From the NCBI GenBank assembly GCA_964418775.1, contig CAYQNA010000004.1:14230-78229 (forward strand): a DNA stretch of 64,000 nucleotides. Direction: 5' to 3'. Made by a program: the position numbers and the translations under genes. Below, piece by piece: positions 26,433 through 36,208 of this stretch. The stretch is from an uncultured Gammaproteobacteria bacterium (GTDB lineage Bacteria > Patescibacteriota > Patescibacteriia > Magasanikbacterales > UBA922). Under the pieces are notes generated by a model. The model had not been told where the DNA came from and searched no databases. It saw nothing but the letters and a program-made list of their open reading frames with translations. Numbering within the stretch: the stretch's first letter is position 1; every line of letters starts with the position of its first letter.

Positions 26433-26660
26433 TCAAGCTTCGCCACGACGCAATCGTGCGAGTTCATCGATTAGTTGATGTAGTTTTTTCACTGCCTCGG
26501 GTTTGGCACCAGCTGGTTCAGTCAGGCGCGCGAGACTGCGCACGGCTACTTGGAATAAGTCGCCAAAGTACGCTTCGTTTAGCGCTGCCCGAGTGCGCTT
26601 GGTTTGGGGTTGGTCACGCAGAACCCGGATTAAGGGGTTCAGCATATATGTGCGTGGCAT
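26433..26660 (-). CDS. Small helical hypothetical protein
   Basis: 75-aa ORF with helical, Arg/Leu-rich composition. No motif was recognised. A competing + strand ORF (26384..26665) exists. Confidence 0.3.
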   Translation of the reverse strand: MPRTYMLNPLIRVLRDQPQTKRTRAALNEAYFGDLFQVAVRSLARLTEPAGAKPEAVKKLHQLIDELARLRRGEA

Positions 26661-26661
26661 A

Positions 26662-27402
26662 CTAGTTGTACACTACGTCAACACTCGCCCACTTGTTGCC
26701 ACCCACAATCACGTGATCAACAATGCCAATCCCAATAATTTTACCAACCTGCACGAGCTGTTCGGTAATCTCAATGTCAGCTTCGCTGGCCTTGGTAATT
26801 CCCGACGGATGATTGTGCACCAAAATAATCCCGGCTGCCCCGTATTCAATCGCGGGTTTAAACACCTCGCGCGGGTGAATTAAATTAGCATTAATGGTGC
26901 CAATCGAAATTACTTCGTCGTGAATGACACGGTAATGCGTATTCAAATAAATGCCGCGCAAATGTTCTTTGGGTAAACGCTCCATGTCGCGCACATAATT
27001 GTGAACATCTTTGCCCGTGCGCAACACCGCCAAACCCGAAGTACGTTGTGGGTAAAAACGGCGCCCCAACTCGCCACAGGCCACGATTTGCGCCGCTTTG
27101 GTGAGTGGAATTCCCAAATCCTCGGCCAAACGGGTTGGGTTGGTTTGACTAAAAATGGTCCGCTCGCCGTACTCTTTTACAATCCGCGTGGCCATGGTCA
27201 TCACGTCCTCGCGCGTGGTGCCCGTGCCCAGCACAACAGCCAACAATTCCTGCACTGACAAATTACCTGGACCGGTTTTGACCAGGCGCTCGCGGGGACG
27301 GTCCTCGTCGGCCATGTCCCGAATTTTCATAACATAAGTCCGGCCCTGGTCGACCATTTGATTGGTCACGACAGCAGCCTGTTCTAACATTGTATATGCC
27401 AT
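26662..27402 (-). CDS. radC: RadC-family JAB/MPN-domain protein
   Basis: JAMM motif ILVHNHPSG plus an N-terminal HhH-like region (…DRPRERLVKTGPGNLSVQELLAVVLGTGT). The start may be Met25 (27330). Confidence 0.8.
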   Translation of the reverse strand: MAYTMLEQAAVVTNQMVDQGRTYVMKIRDMADEDRPRERLVKTGPGNLSVQELLAVVLGTGTTREDVMTMATRIVKEYGERTIFSQTNPTRLAEDLGIPLTKAAQIVACGELGRRFYPQRTSGLAVLRTGKDVHNYVRDMERLPKEHLRGIYLNTHYRVIHDEVISIGTINANLIHPREVFKPAIEYGAAGIILVHNHPSGITKASEADIEITEQLVQVGKIIGIGIVDHVIVGGNKWASVDVVYN

Positions 27403-27513
27403 AGAAGTTAATTAACGCGCTCTTGCCCCTATAATACACCTTTTCCCTAGGGCCAGCAAACCCGGCCCAGGGTTGACGACACACCCTATTTTGGATATAA
27501 TCGCCCCACTGCT

Positions 27514-27600
27514 GGAGAGATGGCTGAGCGGTTTAAGGCGACAGTCTTGAAAACTGTTGAGGATGCAAGTCCTCCGTGGGTTCGAATCCCACTCTCTCCG
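27514..27600 (+). tRNA. tRNA-Ser(TGA), type II
   Basis: GGAGAGATGGCTGAGCGGTTTAAGGCGACAGTCTTGAAAACTGT…GGGTTCGAATCCCACTCTCTCCG. Confidence 0.85.
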
Positions 27601-27624
27601 CTTGGTGCACATTGACAATTCACT

Positions 27625-27711
27625 GGAGAGTTGGCTGAGTGGTCGATAGCAACAGTTTACTAAACTGTAGTCCCTTTACGGGGACCGGGGGTTCGAATCC
27701 CTCACTCTCCG
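27625..27711 (+). tRNA. Type II (Ser-like) tRNA whose anticodon loop reads TTACTAA, i.e. anticodon ACT (unusual A34)
   Basis: GGAGAGTTGGCTGAGTGGTCGATAGCAACAGTTTACTAAACTGTAGTCCCTTTACGGGGACCGGGGGTTCGAATCCCTCACTCTCCG. The anticodon stem is a clean 5-bp ACAGT/ACTGT. Confidence 0.6.
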
Positions 27712-27743
27712 CGAAAACAGGCAAAATCACCAAAAAACACCAT

Positions 27744-27828
27744 GGAGAGGTGTCAGAGTGGCCGATCGTGCAGCTTTGCTAAAGCTGTGTTCCGCAAGGA
27801 ACCGCGGGTTCGAATCCCGCCCTCTCCG
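27744..27828 (+). tRNA. tRNA-Ser(GCT), type II
   Basis: GGAGAGGTGTCAGAGTGGCCGATCGTGCAGCTTTGCTAAAGCTG…GGGTTCGAATCCCGCCCTCTCCG. Confidence 0.85.
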
Positions 27829-27869
27829 CACATTGTCAACGCACAATTTAAACCTTAAGGGTAACCACT

Positions 27870-28295
27870 ATGACCGCGATAAACCCCTACATCAACTTCA
27901 ACGGTAATGCCGAAGAGGCTTTTTTGTTTTACCAATCTGTTTTTGGTGGCGAATTTACTAGCCTCGTTCGTTTCAAAGACTTGGCCAGTGCTGAATTTCC
28001 AATTCCCGAAAATGAAGCGAACAAAATCATGCGCATTGTGTTGCCAATTGGTAACAGTGTTTTGATTGCTAATGATATTCCCGAAGTCATGGGACGCGTC
28101 AACGAAAATGAAAACCGCAGCAAAATCGCGGTGAGTGCAGACACAAAAGAAGAAGCCGAAAGAATTTTCAATGGACTCTCGGTGGGCGGCACGGTGGAAA
28201 TGCCCATGGACCAAAGCCCTTGGGGCACGTACTTTGCCATGTTTAGAGACAAGTACGGGATTGAGTGGACCGTGGAATTTGATCCAAAACAATAA
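27870..28295 (+). CDS. VOC-family (glyoxalase/bleomycin-resistance fold, PhnB-like) protein
   Basis: 141 aa. It has a typical PhnB-like N-terminus (INPYINFNGNAEEAFLFYQSVFGGEF) and an overall VOC pattern. Confidence 0.75.
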   Translation: MTAINPYINFNGNAEEAFLFYQSVFGGEFTSLVRFKDLASAEFPIPENEANKIMRIVLPIGNSVLIANDIPEVMGRVNENENRSKIAVSADTKEEAERIFNGLSVGGTVEMPMDQSPWGTYFAMFRDKYGIEWTVEFDPKQ

Positions 28296-28307
28296 TTAGT
28301 ACATCGT

Positions 28308-28745
28308 ATGGCTGAATTGAAAACACAAGTAAATAAAGCCAGTGTTTCGAAATTTTTGAACACGATCACCGACGAGCAAAAGCGCGCAGATTGTTTGGTG
28401 ATTTCGCGAATGATGGAAAAAGCCACTAAATCCAAACCCGAAATGTGGGGCACGGCGATTGTTGGTTTTGGGCGCATGACGTACACATATGCCAACGGCA
28501 AAGAGGGCGAATGGATGCTGATTGGTTTTTCGCCACGCAAAGGTTACATTGCACTCTATGGTTTAAAAGTGTTCAGCATGGCCGAGGGTAAATTAAAAAC
28601 AGACAAGGGAGCCAATGATTTCCTTTTAAAACTAGGTAAATACAAGGAAGGCGGCGGCTGCATCTACATCAACAAACTGGCTGACGTAAACACCAAAGAG
28701 CTTGAGAAAATTATTAAGCTCGCAGTTGGCCGAAAAAAAAGTTGA
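28308..28745 (+). CDS. DUF1801-like (YdhG-like) protein
   Basis: WGTAIVGFGRMTYTY and N-terminal …DEQKRADCL… motifs characteristic of the family. Confidence 0.6.
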   Translation: MAELKTQVNKASVSKFLNTITDEQKRADCLVISRMMEKATKSKPEMWGTAIVGFGRMTYTYANGKEGEWMLIGFSPRKGYIALYGLKVFSMAEGKLKTDKGANDFLLKLGKYKEGGGCIYINKLADVNTKELEKIIKLAVGRKKS

Positions 28746-28748
28746 TAG

Positions 28749-29206
28749 ATGTGTATGAAAATCTATTTTGCCGGCTCAATTCGCGGCGGACGCGAAGACA
28801 AAGATTTATACCTGGAGATCATCAAAAAACTCGCTGTCTACGGTCAAGTACTTACTGAACATGTTGGTAAAAAACCCTTTCGGAAATGGGTGAAACCGGC
28901 CCGTCGGATGAGTTTATTTTTGCCCGCGACTTGGCTTGGCTCAACGATGCCGATGTGGTAGTGGCCGAAGTAACCACACCCTCACTTGGGGTTGGCTACG
29001 AGCTTGGGTACACCAGCGGCAAAAAACCGATTCTAGCCCTCTACCGTCCGCGTGAAAATGCTCGTGTTTCGGCCATGATTAGCGGGTGTCCTGAAATTCG
29101 TATCAGTCAGTACAGCAAACTTGATGACGTGGATAGTTTACTCGCTGATTTTTTCAAACAAATTGAGCAAACATTTTCTCTCACGACAAAGTGCGACAAT
29201 AAGTAG
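28749..29206 (+). pseudogene. Nucleoside 2-deoxyribosyltransferase-like / DNPH1(Rcl)-like N-hydrolase, disrupted by a -1 frameshift in an A6 homopolymer (~28868..28873)
   Basis: Frame 1 encodes KIYFAGSIRGGREDKDLY…VLTEHVGKK. Frame 2 continues GETGPSDEFIFARDLAWLNDADVVVAEVTTPSLGVGYELGY. Inserting one A in the A6 run fuses them into a full-length protein. Confidence 0.65.
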
Positions 29207-29238
29207 AAAAACCTATCAAAAAAGCGTATACTGTAGGC

Positions 29239-30492
29239 ATGCCCAAAAAGCCTGTCAACATTTTTTGGAAATTTACCCCCTTCTGGCTGTTTTTGTTGTT
29301 GTTTAAATTTGGCGGGGGCTTACATTACTCATTAATTTCACCCTTAGGTGAACAGATATATCCTCTTTGGATAGTTGGCTTACTAATGGGCGGTAGCGCA
29401 TTTACACAACTACTTTTTGATGTACCGGCCGGCCATATCTTAGACCGATACGGATACCGCCGCATGCTGTTGATAACCACAGCGGTCTTTATGTTAGCAG
29501 CCGCATGCTTGCTTTTTGGACTAAGTCGCATCACCTATGTGACCAGTATTTGCATTTCTATTTTTGGCTGGCTTTTTTTTGGGCCAGGCGAAAGTGCATA
29601 TACATTAGCTCACGCACCCAAAGAAGCAACCGGTAAATTTATCTCATTTCGTGACATAGCCGGTGCCACAGGAGTAATGATTGCAGGCGCTTTTGTCCCT
29701 TTTGGCTTATTACTTAAACCAAGTACGCTTGGAGCCGTATTGTTTATCTTACTTGGTCTAGCCTTTTTGGCAATCTGGTTTAGCCCGCCCGACGCCAAGC
29801 CAATCCACAGAGAAATTAAAATCCCGACTCAAGCACACTATGTTCGCCGACACTCATTTAGCGCCCTCTGCTTAGTAATAAAAAAATTAAATCCGGCCAG
29901 CAGCACCCTACTGCTCCTAAATTTAGCGGCTGGTATTTTTTATGGTGCGGTCTGGTTTGTAGTGCCGCTTGTGATTGCTCACCACGATGATGCTGGAGCT
30001 CTTAGCATGGGCTTAAGTGTTTTTGATTTTGCCATTGTTTTGTTGGGCTACATAATTGGCAATCTAGCCGATAAATTCAATCGCCGTAAACTTGTCTTTA
30101 TTGGTTTGTTAATCTTTGCTTTTTCTGGACTACTTATTGGTTTTAACTTTGGTATTTTATTTTTGCTATTTGGTTTTCTGGCTACAGCTGGTGATGAATT
30201 GGCCGGTCTATCCCTATGGTCTTGGTTATACACTTTGGACAAAAATCATGCCCATGATGGAGCGGTAGCTGGTGTCTTAAGTTTAGCGCTTGATCTCGGT
30301 TGGGCAATAGGCCCAATCGCCGCTGGTTTTATGTACACACAGCTTGGACCAACATGGACTATTACCTACGGCGCCATCCCGATTGTTTTGGTTTGGGGTT
30401 TGTACACACTAATGGCCCACCGTCATCAACCACGTCAGCCTTGGCCAGGCACGATTCCTGTCCGCCCACGACGCCTGCGTCACAAAACCTAG
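29239..30492 (+). CDS. MFS-family transporter
   Basis: 12 predicted TM helices with an MFS-like loop (…DRYGYRRMLL…). Confidence 0.8.
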   Translation: MPKKPVNIFWKFTPFWLFLLLFKFGGGLHYSLISPLGEQIYPLWIVGLLMGGSAFTQLLFDVPAGHILDRYGYRRMLLITTAVFMLAAACLLFGLSRITYVTSICISIFGWLFFGPGESAYTLAHAPKEATGKFISFRDIAGATGVMIAGAFVPFGLLLKPSTLGAVLFILLGLAFLAIWFSPPDAKPIHREIKIPTQAHYVRRHSFSALCLVIKKLNPASSTLLLLNLAAGIFYGAVWFVVPLVIAHHDDAGALSMGLSVFDFAIVLLGYIIGNLADKFNRRKLVFIGLLIFAFSGLLIGFNFGILFLLFGFLATAGDELAGLSLWSWLYTLDKNHAHDGAVAGVLSLALDLGWAIGPIAAGFMYTQLGPTWTITYGAIPIVLVWGLYTLMAHRHQPRQPWPGTIPVRPRRLRHKT

Positions 30493-30526
30493 ACACCCAC
30501 ACCCAAAGCGCCTATACTGAACGGGT

Positions 30527-31129
30527 ATGGATGTCCAGACAATCCAAACCTACAACCAAATGGCCGCCGCCTACGATGCCGAAACTGCGGATTTTTGGGA
30601 TAAATTCCCGCGCGATTTTTTTGATTCGTTTGCACAATCTGTTCACGGCACTATTCTTAATGTTGGGTGTGGACCAGGTCGCGATGCGCTCCTGCTGCAA
30701 GAACGAGGCCTAAACTTAACATGCCTCGATGCGTCCGAAACCATGGTCAAAATCTGCCAGGACAAGGGGCTGCACGCGGTGGTGGGTGATTTTTTGCAGT
30801 TGCCATTTGCCCCTAATTCATTTAATGGTGTGTGGGCATACACTTCGCTCCTCCATGTACCCAAAACACAAGTCGACACCGCGTTCGCCGAGATTAGCCG
30901 CGTCCTAACACCCAAAGGCATGCTTGGGTTAGGGTTAATCGAAGGCACTACCGAAGAATATAAACTTGGTGTCAAAAATACCGGCGTTACGATGCCACGC
31001 TGGTTTAGTTACTACACCAAACAAGAGGTTGAGGTGCTGTTAACTAAACACAACTTCACGATTAAATCGTTCGTAAACTTCCAACCAAGCAAGCGCATGT
31101 ATTTAAATTTTATTGCGCAGAAAAATTGA
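30527..31129 (+). CDS. Class I SAM-dependent methyltransferase
   Basis: Motif I ILNVGCGPGRDALLL and a following acidic loop. Confidence 0.8.
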   Translation: MDVQTIQTYNQMAAAYDAETADFWDKFPRDFFDSFAQSVHGTILNVGCGPGRDALLLQERGLNLTCLDASETMVKICQDKGLHAVVGDFLQLPFAPNSFNGVWAYTSLLHVPKTQVDTAFAEISRVLTPKGMLGLGLIEGTTEEYKLGVKNTGVTMPRWFSYYTKQEVEVLLTKHNFTIKSFVNFQPSKRMYLNFIAQKN

Positions 31130-31132
31130 AAC

Positions 31133-32125
31133 ATGCATTACGTCCCTGAATTCTACTATTTATATAATCAACCCGAGTTTCCATTGGCAAAGGCCATTCG
31201 GATTATAGCCACCCACCTGGCCCAATTTTGCTCCTATTACGAAGCCAGATTAATAGTTCCGAATAAGGGAGTTTTGGTTACAGAAAAACGCGGTGAGCTT
31301 CCAGCTTCTTCAAGCAAAAAAGTACAATTCGTTGCCGAATTATTACAATGGTTCATTAACAATTCCGAATTCCCTGATTTGTTTTGTTTACGTTTATATA
31401 ACGAACCACGCACCCCTCAAGAATGCGCAATTTTTGACCACAGTGATGACACGTGTTGCTGGGTTTTAAATATTTCTGAGACACAATTCACCTCGCTGCA
31501 GTATGCATGGCAAGAGGCAGGGTTGCCACGCGATTTATTTTACCCCGAAAAACAAACGATTATTGTGACTAAACCACTGGATTGGTTTGGTCGTGCTCTG
31601 ACGCACATTGGTTTTACATTTAATGGTGGTCGTCATTACACACCCAAACAATGGGCGGAAAAAATGTCGCGTGCCACAATTAGTATTAAATTATTGAGTG
31701 GAAAAAATATTCCAACTGCAATTGCAATGGCGCAAACTATTTTCAATTCTTCCCCCGAAGAAACAGTCGCCTATTTAAACCCAGCGGACTGGAAACAAAA
31801 GATTAAAAACGGTGCACTTTTGTTTGGCGCCACAGTTGATACAATCCCAGCTGGTTTTGTATTTGCCTACCCAATCGAGGCAAAGCGTTTACATATCTGG
31901 CACGCTGGTGTTTTGCCCGAATATCGCGGACACAAAATTTGGTCAGAACTGTATCAAGCAGTTGAAGCCAAAGCGCGCGAACTCGGTTACCTAGAACTCA
32001 CGCTCCACACGTACCCGGACCGTTTTCCTGAAATGTATAATTTCGCCCAGAAAAACGGGTTTATACCATACGTGCCAAATCGAGAGCCAGAACCAGACAA
32101 AACATACTTCCTAAAAACTATCTAA
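31133..32125 (+). CDS. Two-domain protein: N-terminal domain of unknown function + C-terminal GNAT N-acetyltransferase
   Basis: GNAT motif A region LHIWHAGVLPEYRGHKIWSELYQAVEAKARELGYLELTL. Confidence 0.55.
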   Translation: MHYVPEFYYLYNQPEFPLAKAIRIIATHLAQFCSYYEARLIVPNKGVLVTEKRGELPASSSKKVQFVAELLQWFINNSEFPDLFCLRLYNEPRTPQECAIFDHSDDTCCWVLNISETQFTSLQYAWQEAGLPRDLFYPEKQTIIVTKPLDWFGRALTHIGFTFNGGRHYTPKQWAEKMSRATISIKLLSGKNIPTAIAMAQTIFNSSPEETVAYLNPADWKQKIKNGALLFGATVDTIPAGFVFAYPIEAKRLHIWHAGVLPEYRGHKIWSELYQAVEAKARELGYLELTLHTYPDRFPEMYNFAQKNGFIPYVPNREPEPDKTYFLKTI

Positions 32126-32127
32126 AT

Positions 32128-32562
32128 ATGCCTGAAACAATTTCTATTTTCTCGCTTCAGAATCCTTCATCAGCTTCACCAATGGCGCGTGATGCGTTTT
32201 ACCAGGCCCAGGTTGATTCTTTTAAACGTGGTGAAAAGCCAACGCAAGCGATTGGTATTTTTGACGTGCTTTTGTTTACAGAAAACAAAGAAATTATTTT
32301 GCAAAAACGCTCGCCGAAAAAATCACACAACCCATATTTAATTGATAAAACCGTGGGCGGCCATATTCAATACGGCGACTCGGTTTTTTACACGGCCATG
32401 ATCGAAAGTGTTCAAGAACTTAAAATTCCCTCGGTCACTTTGCGCGATGGCGAAGATTTCATGCGTACGCTAACAACGTTACGCAATTATTTGGAAAATG
32501 TGGCGGTCCTCGAGTTAATCGATAACAAGTCCACAGATCAACACGCTTCTGGAAAAAATTAG
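32128..32562 (+). CDS. Hypothetical protein (possible degenerate Nudix-like fold)
   Basis: AIGIFDVLLF…KTVGGHIQYGDS…MIESVQELKI loosely resembles a Nudix box but lacks the REx2EE residues. Confidence 0.3.
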   Translation: MPETISIFSLQNPSSASPMARDAFYQAQVDSFKRGEKPTQAIGIFDVLLFTENKEIILQKRSPKKSHNPYLIDKTVGGHIQYGDSVFYTAMIESVQELKIPSVTLRDGEDFMRTLTTLRNYLENVAVLELIDNKSTDQHASGKN

Positions 32563-32586
32563 TTAGGGCCTGTATACTAGGCCCAT

Positions 32587-33570
32587 ATGCATGAAGACCA
32601 ACTTTTGTCCCAAAAAGCGTTCGCCGCCCTGTCCAAAGACGTTAACCAAACTGTGAGCCAATATTCGTGGTTAGGCCAATATGGCAATGAATTCCTGTGG
32701 TTTGGGCTGCGCTTGGCCTTATTTTTCTCGGGCTTTGGCTTATTTAGCTTAAGCCACGTTTGGTGGACACGCCTTGCTAGCATTGCCATAATCGCCTATG
32801 CATTTTACGGTATTGGCATCACTGGCACACACGAAAGTCGCCACAATGCGTTTGTGCGCACGCGCCGCGCCAACGAACGTTGGGGTTATTTTTTTGGTGA
32901 TTTTTGGAGTGGCGAAAGCAGCCTGTGGTGGTATTCACACCACGTGCAAGACCACCATGTGTACACAAACATTCACGGCAAAGACGAAGAATACTTCTCG
33001 TTTCCTTGGATCAATCGCTACATTTATTTTTTTCTCGCACCATACTTGATGCTTTTTTTGCTTGTGTACGGAAGCATTAAATTTTTGTGGGGCAAATGGC
33101 GCGATTTGTCCGTGTATTCAGTTTTAGCAATTGCCGGCTACGCGTTCCAAACCTGGTTGTTCGCATTTACGGTATCGTGGCCATGGGCAATTTTTTGCAC
33201 CTGGCTTATGCGCAGTTTTTATTCGCCTGTATTCATGCACCTTGCACTTTTTAACCACATTGGGCTCGAGCGCCTTTTGGAAAAAATTCCCTGGCTTCCC
33301 CACCAAACCAAAACCACACGCAACCTAAAACCAAATTGGTTCTTGGTTGGCATGGGCGGCAATGCGTTTGTGCATCGTCACATCGAGCACCACCTCTTCC
33401 CCAGCATTTCCAATCGCATGCTTGTAAAGATTCACCCGCTTGTTCAGAGCGCGCTTAAAAACGAGGGCTATATGTATATCGAACAAACGTACAGCGAGTG
33501 TTTGCGCCTGTGCCTGGTGAATTACAAACAACTCTTCCTCAAAGGCCCGCCACCAATTATGGTGCGCTAG
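32587..33570 (+). CDS. Membrane fatty-acid desaturase-family protein (three His boxes)
   Basis: HESRHNAF, HHVQDHHVYTN and HRHIEHHLFP histidine boxes. Multiple TM helices. Confidence 0.75.
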   Translation: MHEDQLLSQKAFAALSKDVNQTVSQYSWLGQYGNEFLWFGLRLALFFSGFGLFSLSHVWWTRLASIAIIAYAFYGIGITGTHESRHNAFVRTRRANERWGYFFGDFWSGESSLWWYSHHVQDHHVYTNIHGKDEEYFSFPWINRYIYFFLAPYLMLFLLVYGSIKFLWGKWRDLSVYSVLAIAGYAFQTWLFAFTVSWPWAIFCTWLMRSFYSPVFMHLALFNHIGLERLLEKIPWLPHQTKTTRNLKPNWFLVGMGGNAFVHRHIEHHLFPSISNRMLVKIHPLVQSALKNEGYMYIEQTYSECLRLCLVNYKQLFLKGPPPIMVR

Positions 33571-33633
33571 TGTCTGCCCAACCTCGTCGTTTACATCACA
33601 AATCTAGACTGAACAAAAGCAGCAACGCATTAC

Positions 33634-34677
33634 ATGTTTTATCGCAATATTCTAAAACCAATTTTATTTCGCTTTGACCCGGAGGATGTTCATGATGCCT
33701 TTACGTGGTTCGGCGAACAGGCGGGGCGCTTTGCCTTAGCGCGCTGGTTAGTGTCGGTTGTGTATGGATATCGTGGCCCGAATATTGCCCGCACTGTCGA
33801 TGGTTTAACGTATCGCACCCCTCTTATTTTATCAGCCGGGTTTGATTATAATGCCCGTTTAACGCGTATTTTACCAGCCATTGGTTTTGGTGGGGTCGAG
33901 GTGGGTTCGGTGACAGCACGCCCCTGCGCTGGCAACCCCAAACCACGCTTAACACGTCTGCCGCAATCGCAAAGTATTCTGGTAAACAAAGGTTTACGCA
34001 ACGAGGGTGTTGACGCCATCATCGCGCGCCTGGCTCGCACACCCCGCGTGCCTGGATTTGTGATTGGTGTATCGATCGCGCGCACCAACGACGCCGCCTC
34101 AGCCACTGTGGCGGCTGGTGTAGCCGATTATTTGTACAGTTACCAGCGCCTCAACGAAACCAATACCGGCGACTACTACACCATTAACATTTCGTGCCCC
34201 AACGCGTTTGGCGGCGAAGCCTTTGCCACCCCAGAATTACTAGACAAATTGTTAATCGCTCTGCGCACGGTCCGCTCATCCAAACCGTTGTACTTAAAAA
34301 TGCCAATTTCGGTGCCATGGGAAACTATTGATCAGCTTATTGCGGTCGGCCTTAAACACCACATTAACGGCATTATTATTGGCAATTTACAAAAAGATTA
34401 CCAAACCCTTGCTGTACGCACCGAAGCCCCGGCCACATATTGCGGTGGTTTATCTGGCGCTCCAACTCGCGCGCGCTCAAATGAATATATCACTCTTGCT
34501 CACCAAAAATACGGCGACCACTTAACCATTATCGGCTGCGGTGGCATTTTTTCACCAGCCGATGCTCGCGCCAAATTGCAAGCGGGCGCCGGATTGTTGC
34601 AACTGGTCACGGGTTTAATTTTCCATGGACCCGGTATCCTCAAAAAAATTGCCGCTGATTTATCTCGTACCATCTAA
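33634..34677 (+). CDS. pyrD: Dihydroorotate dehydrogenase (quinone), class 2
   Basis: …AGFDYNARL…GFGGVEVGSVTARPCAGNPKPRLTRL…NKGLRNEGVD… signature segments. Confidence 0.85.
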   Translation: MFYRNILKPILFRFDPEDVHDAFTWFGEQAGRFALARWLVSVVYGYRGPNIARTVDGLTYRTPLILSAGFDYNARLTRILPAIGFGGVEVGSVTARPCAGNPKPRLTRLPQSQSILVNKGLRNEGVDAIIARLARTPRVPGFVIGVSIARTNDAASATVAAGVADYLYSYQRLNETNTGDYYTINISCPNAFGGEAFATPELLDKLLIALRTVRSSKPLYLKMPISVPWETIDQLIAVGLKHHINGIIIGNLQKDYQTLAVRTEAPATYCGGLSGAPTRARSNEYITLAHQKYGDHLTIIGCGGIFSPADARAKLQAGAGLLQLVTGLIFHGPGILKKIAADLSRTI

Positions 34678-34680
34678 TCG

Positions 34681-36138
34681 CTACAACGAACCGCGACACG
34701 CTGGTGAACTCGTAACAGTGGTCAAGAAAATATAATCTGTAGTAGTCGCTAGCACACACCCCGCAAATGGGGTGTGTTTTAATTCTGCCAGCGTGCTCGT
34801 TGTAACCCACCACCAAGGGTAGGTCTGCGGTTTCGCAATATAATGAGCCGACACACCCGCACTAACATTAAACAATTCCCACTGACGCACAGAATGCGTG
34901 TGCCAATACAGGGCCGGCAGCACACGGCCAAATGTCCAACTGCGCACACCATACACAATGAGTGGCTGATTTGGTCCAATAAACGCTTCGGCTTTGTGCA
35001 CAATTGTTTCCACTTGTCGGTCACTGTATACAAAATAGGTGTACACCACATTGGTTCGCGACAAACCAAACACGAGCAAAATTGCACCCAAAAAACCTAG
35101 CAATTTGGGAGACAAATACTCATTTTCCCACACTTGATACACCAACCAACCCATGGCCGCAAACAGCGCCGGAATAGCCGGCACCGCATACCAACTTAAC
35201 TTTGTGCTCAACAAATACGGCGGCACAACCGTGATAATTACCCACGCTGCCCACTCCCAATTTTTCGGATAGCGCGTGGACAAAATGACCCACACCGCAC
35301 TCAGGAATAAAATCGCAGCATACCCACTCCCCAATTGATTTTTGAAAAAGTCTGAATAAAACCACAGTCCTCCACCATGCCCATCAACCTCGCCAGTAAT
35401 GCGCTCCAAAAATTGCTCGCGCCAATACACACGCACATAATCAGTCGGATTACTGTGGTATTGCACCCCATGCCAAGCCAACCAGGGCACAATTGCGAGT
35501 GCGATTGCGCCAATAAAACTAAGGACGCGACGAGTATCTTTATTTTGCCAAAAATGAATTGTTTCACCAATCACTAAAAATCCCAAAAATGGTAAAGCCC
35601 AAACCCCGCGCGTCATTAGGAACGCACCAAACAACGCCACCGCTGGCCACACGCGCTTGGGCCAGCGAATATAAGCCGCTGGAATCGCCACGCTAAAAAA
35701 CAATGTTAATGCCTCTAAATCCGCGGTCCCGAGCATGTGGCGATACCACAACAGTGGCGCGCTCCACATGAGCACGGAAACAGTTACCGCAATGATGCGC
35801 GGCAGACGCGTGCGGAGTAACCAATAAAAAATTGGCGCCGTTGCCACAGTGGCAAGGAGCGCGGGCAAACGGAGCGCCCACAAATTCCAACCAAACACTT
35901 TAATTGCACTGGCCATTAACCAAAACCCCAGCGGCTCTTTATCAAACCAGGGCGCGCCCTGCAACACCAAATGCAACCAATTGCCCGAACGCGCAATCTC
36001 GCCCGCAATATTGGCATACAGCCCCTCGTCCCAATCAGCCAAAGGCCGCACAGCCGCAAATAGCACAAAACACAGGCCAGTCACGCCGGCCAAAAGCCCA
36101 CTCACCCACTGGTCAATTTTTGCCCACGGCTCACGCAT
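34681..36138 (-). CDS. PMT/ArnT-family (GT39/GT83-like) membrane glycosyltransferase
   Basis: N-terminal DEGLYANIAGEI…WFDKEPLGFWLMA motif and more than 10 TM helices. Confidence 0.7.
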   Translation of the reverse strand: MREPWAKIDQWVSGLLAGVTGLCFVLFAAVRPLADWDEGLYANIAGEIARSGNWLHLVLQGAPWFDKEPLGFWLMASAIKVFGWNLWALRLPALLATVATAPIFYWLLRTRLPRIIAVTVSVLMWSAPLLWYRHMLGTADLEALTLFFSVAIPAAYIRWPKRVWPAVALFGAFLMTRGVWALPFLGFLVIGETIHFWQNKDTRRVLSFIGAIALAIVPWLAWHGVQYHSNPTDYVRVYWREQFLERITGEVDGHGGGLWFYSDFFKNQLGSGYAAILFLSAVWVILSTRYPKNWEWAAWVIITVVPPYLLSTKLSWYAVPAIPALFAAMGWLVYQVWENEYLSPKLLGFLGAILLVFGLSRTNVVYTYFVYSDRQVETIVHKAEAFIGPNQPLIVYGVRSWTFGRVLPALYWHTHSVRQWELFNVSAGVSAHYIAKPQTYPWWWVTTSTLAELKHTPFAGCVLATTTDYIFLTTVTSSPACRGSL

Positions 36139-36208
36139 AATTGCCTGTATTATGGAGCTTTTTTAGCCTCTGGTCAAACTCGAACCAGTCTGGTAGAGTG
36201 AAGGCACT

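Noticed and set aside
27514-27828. Three tandem ~85-bp units beginning GGAGAG and ending CTCTCCG considered as a direct-repeat array
   Set aside because: Each folds into a complete type-II tRNA cloverleaf. The shared ends are acceptor stems, not CRISPR or IS repeats.
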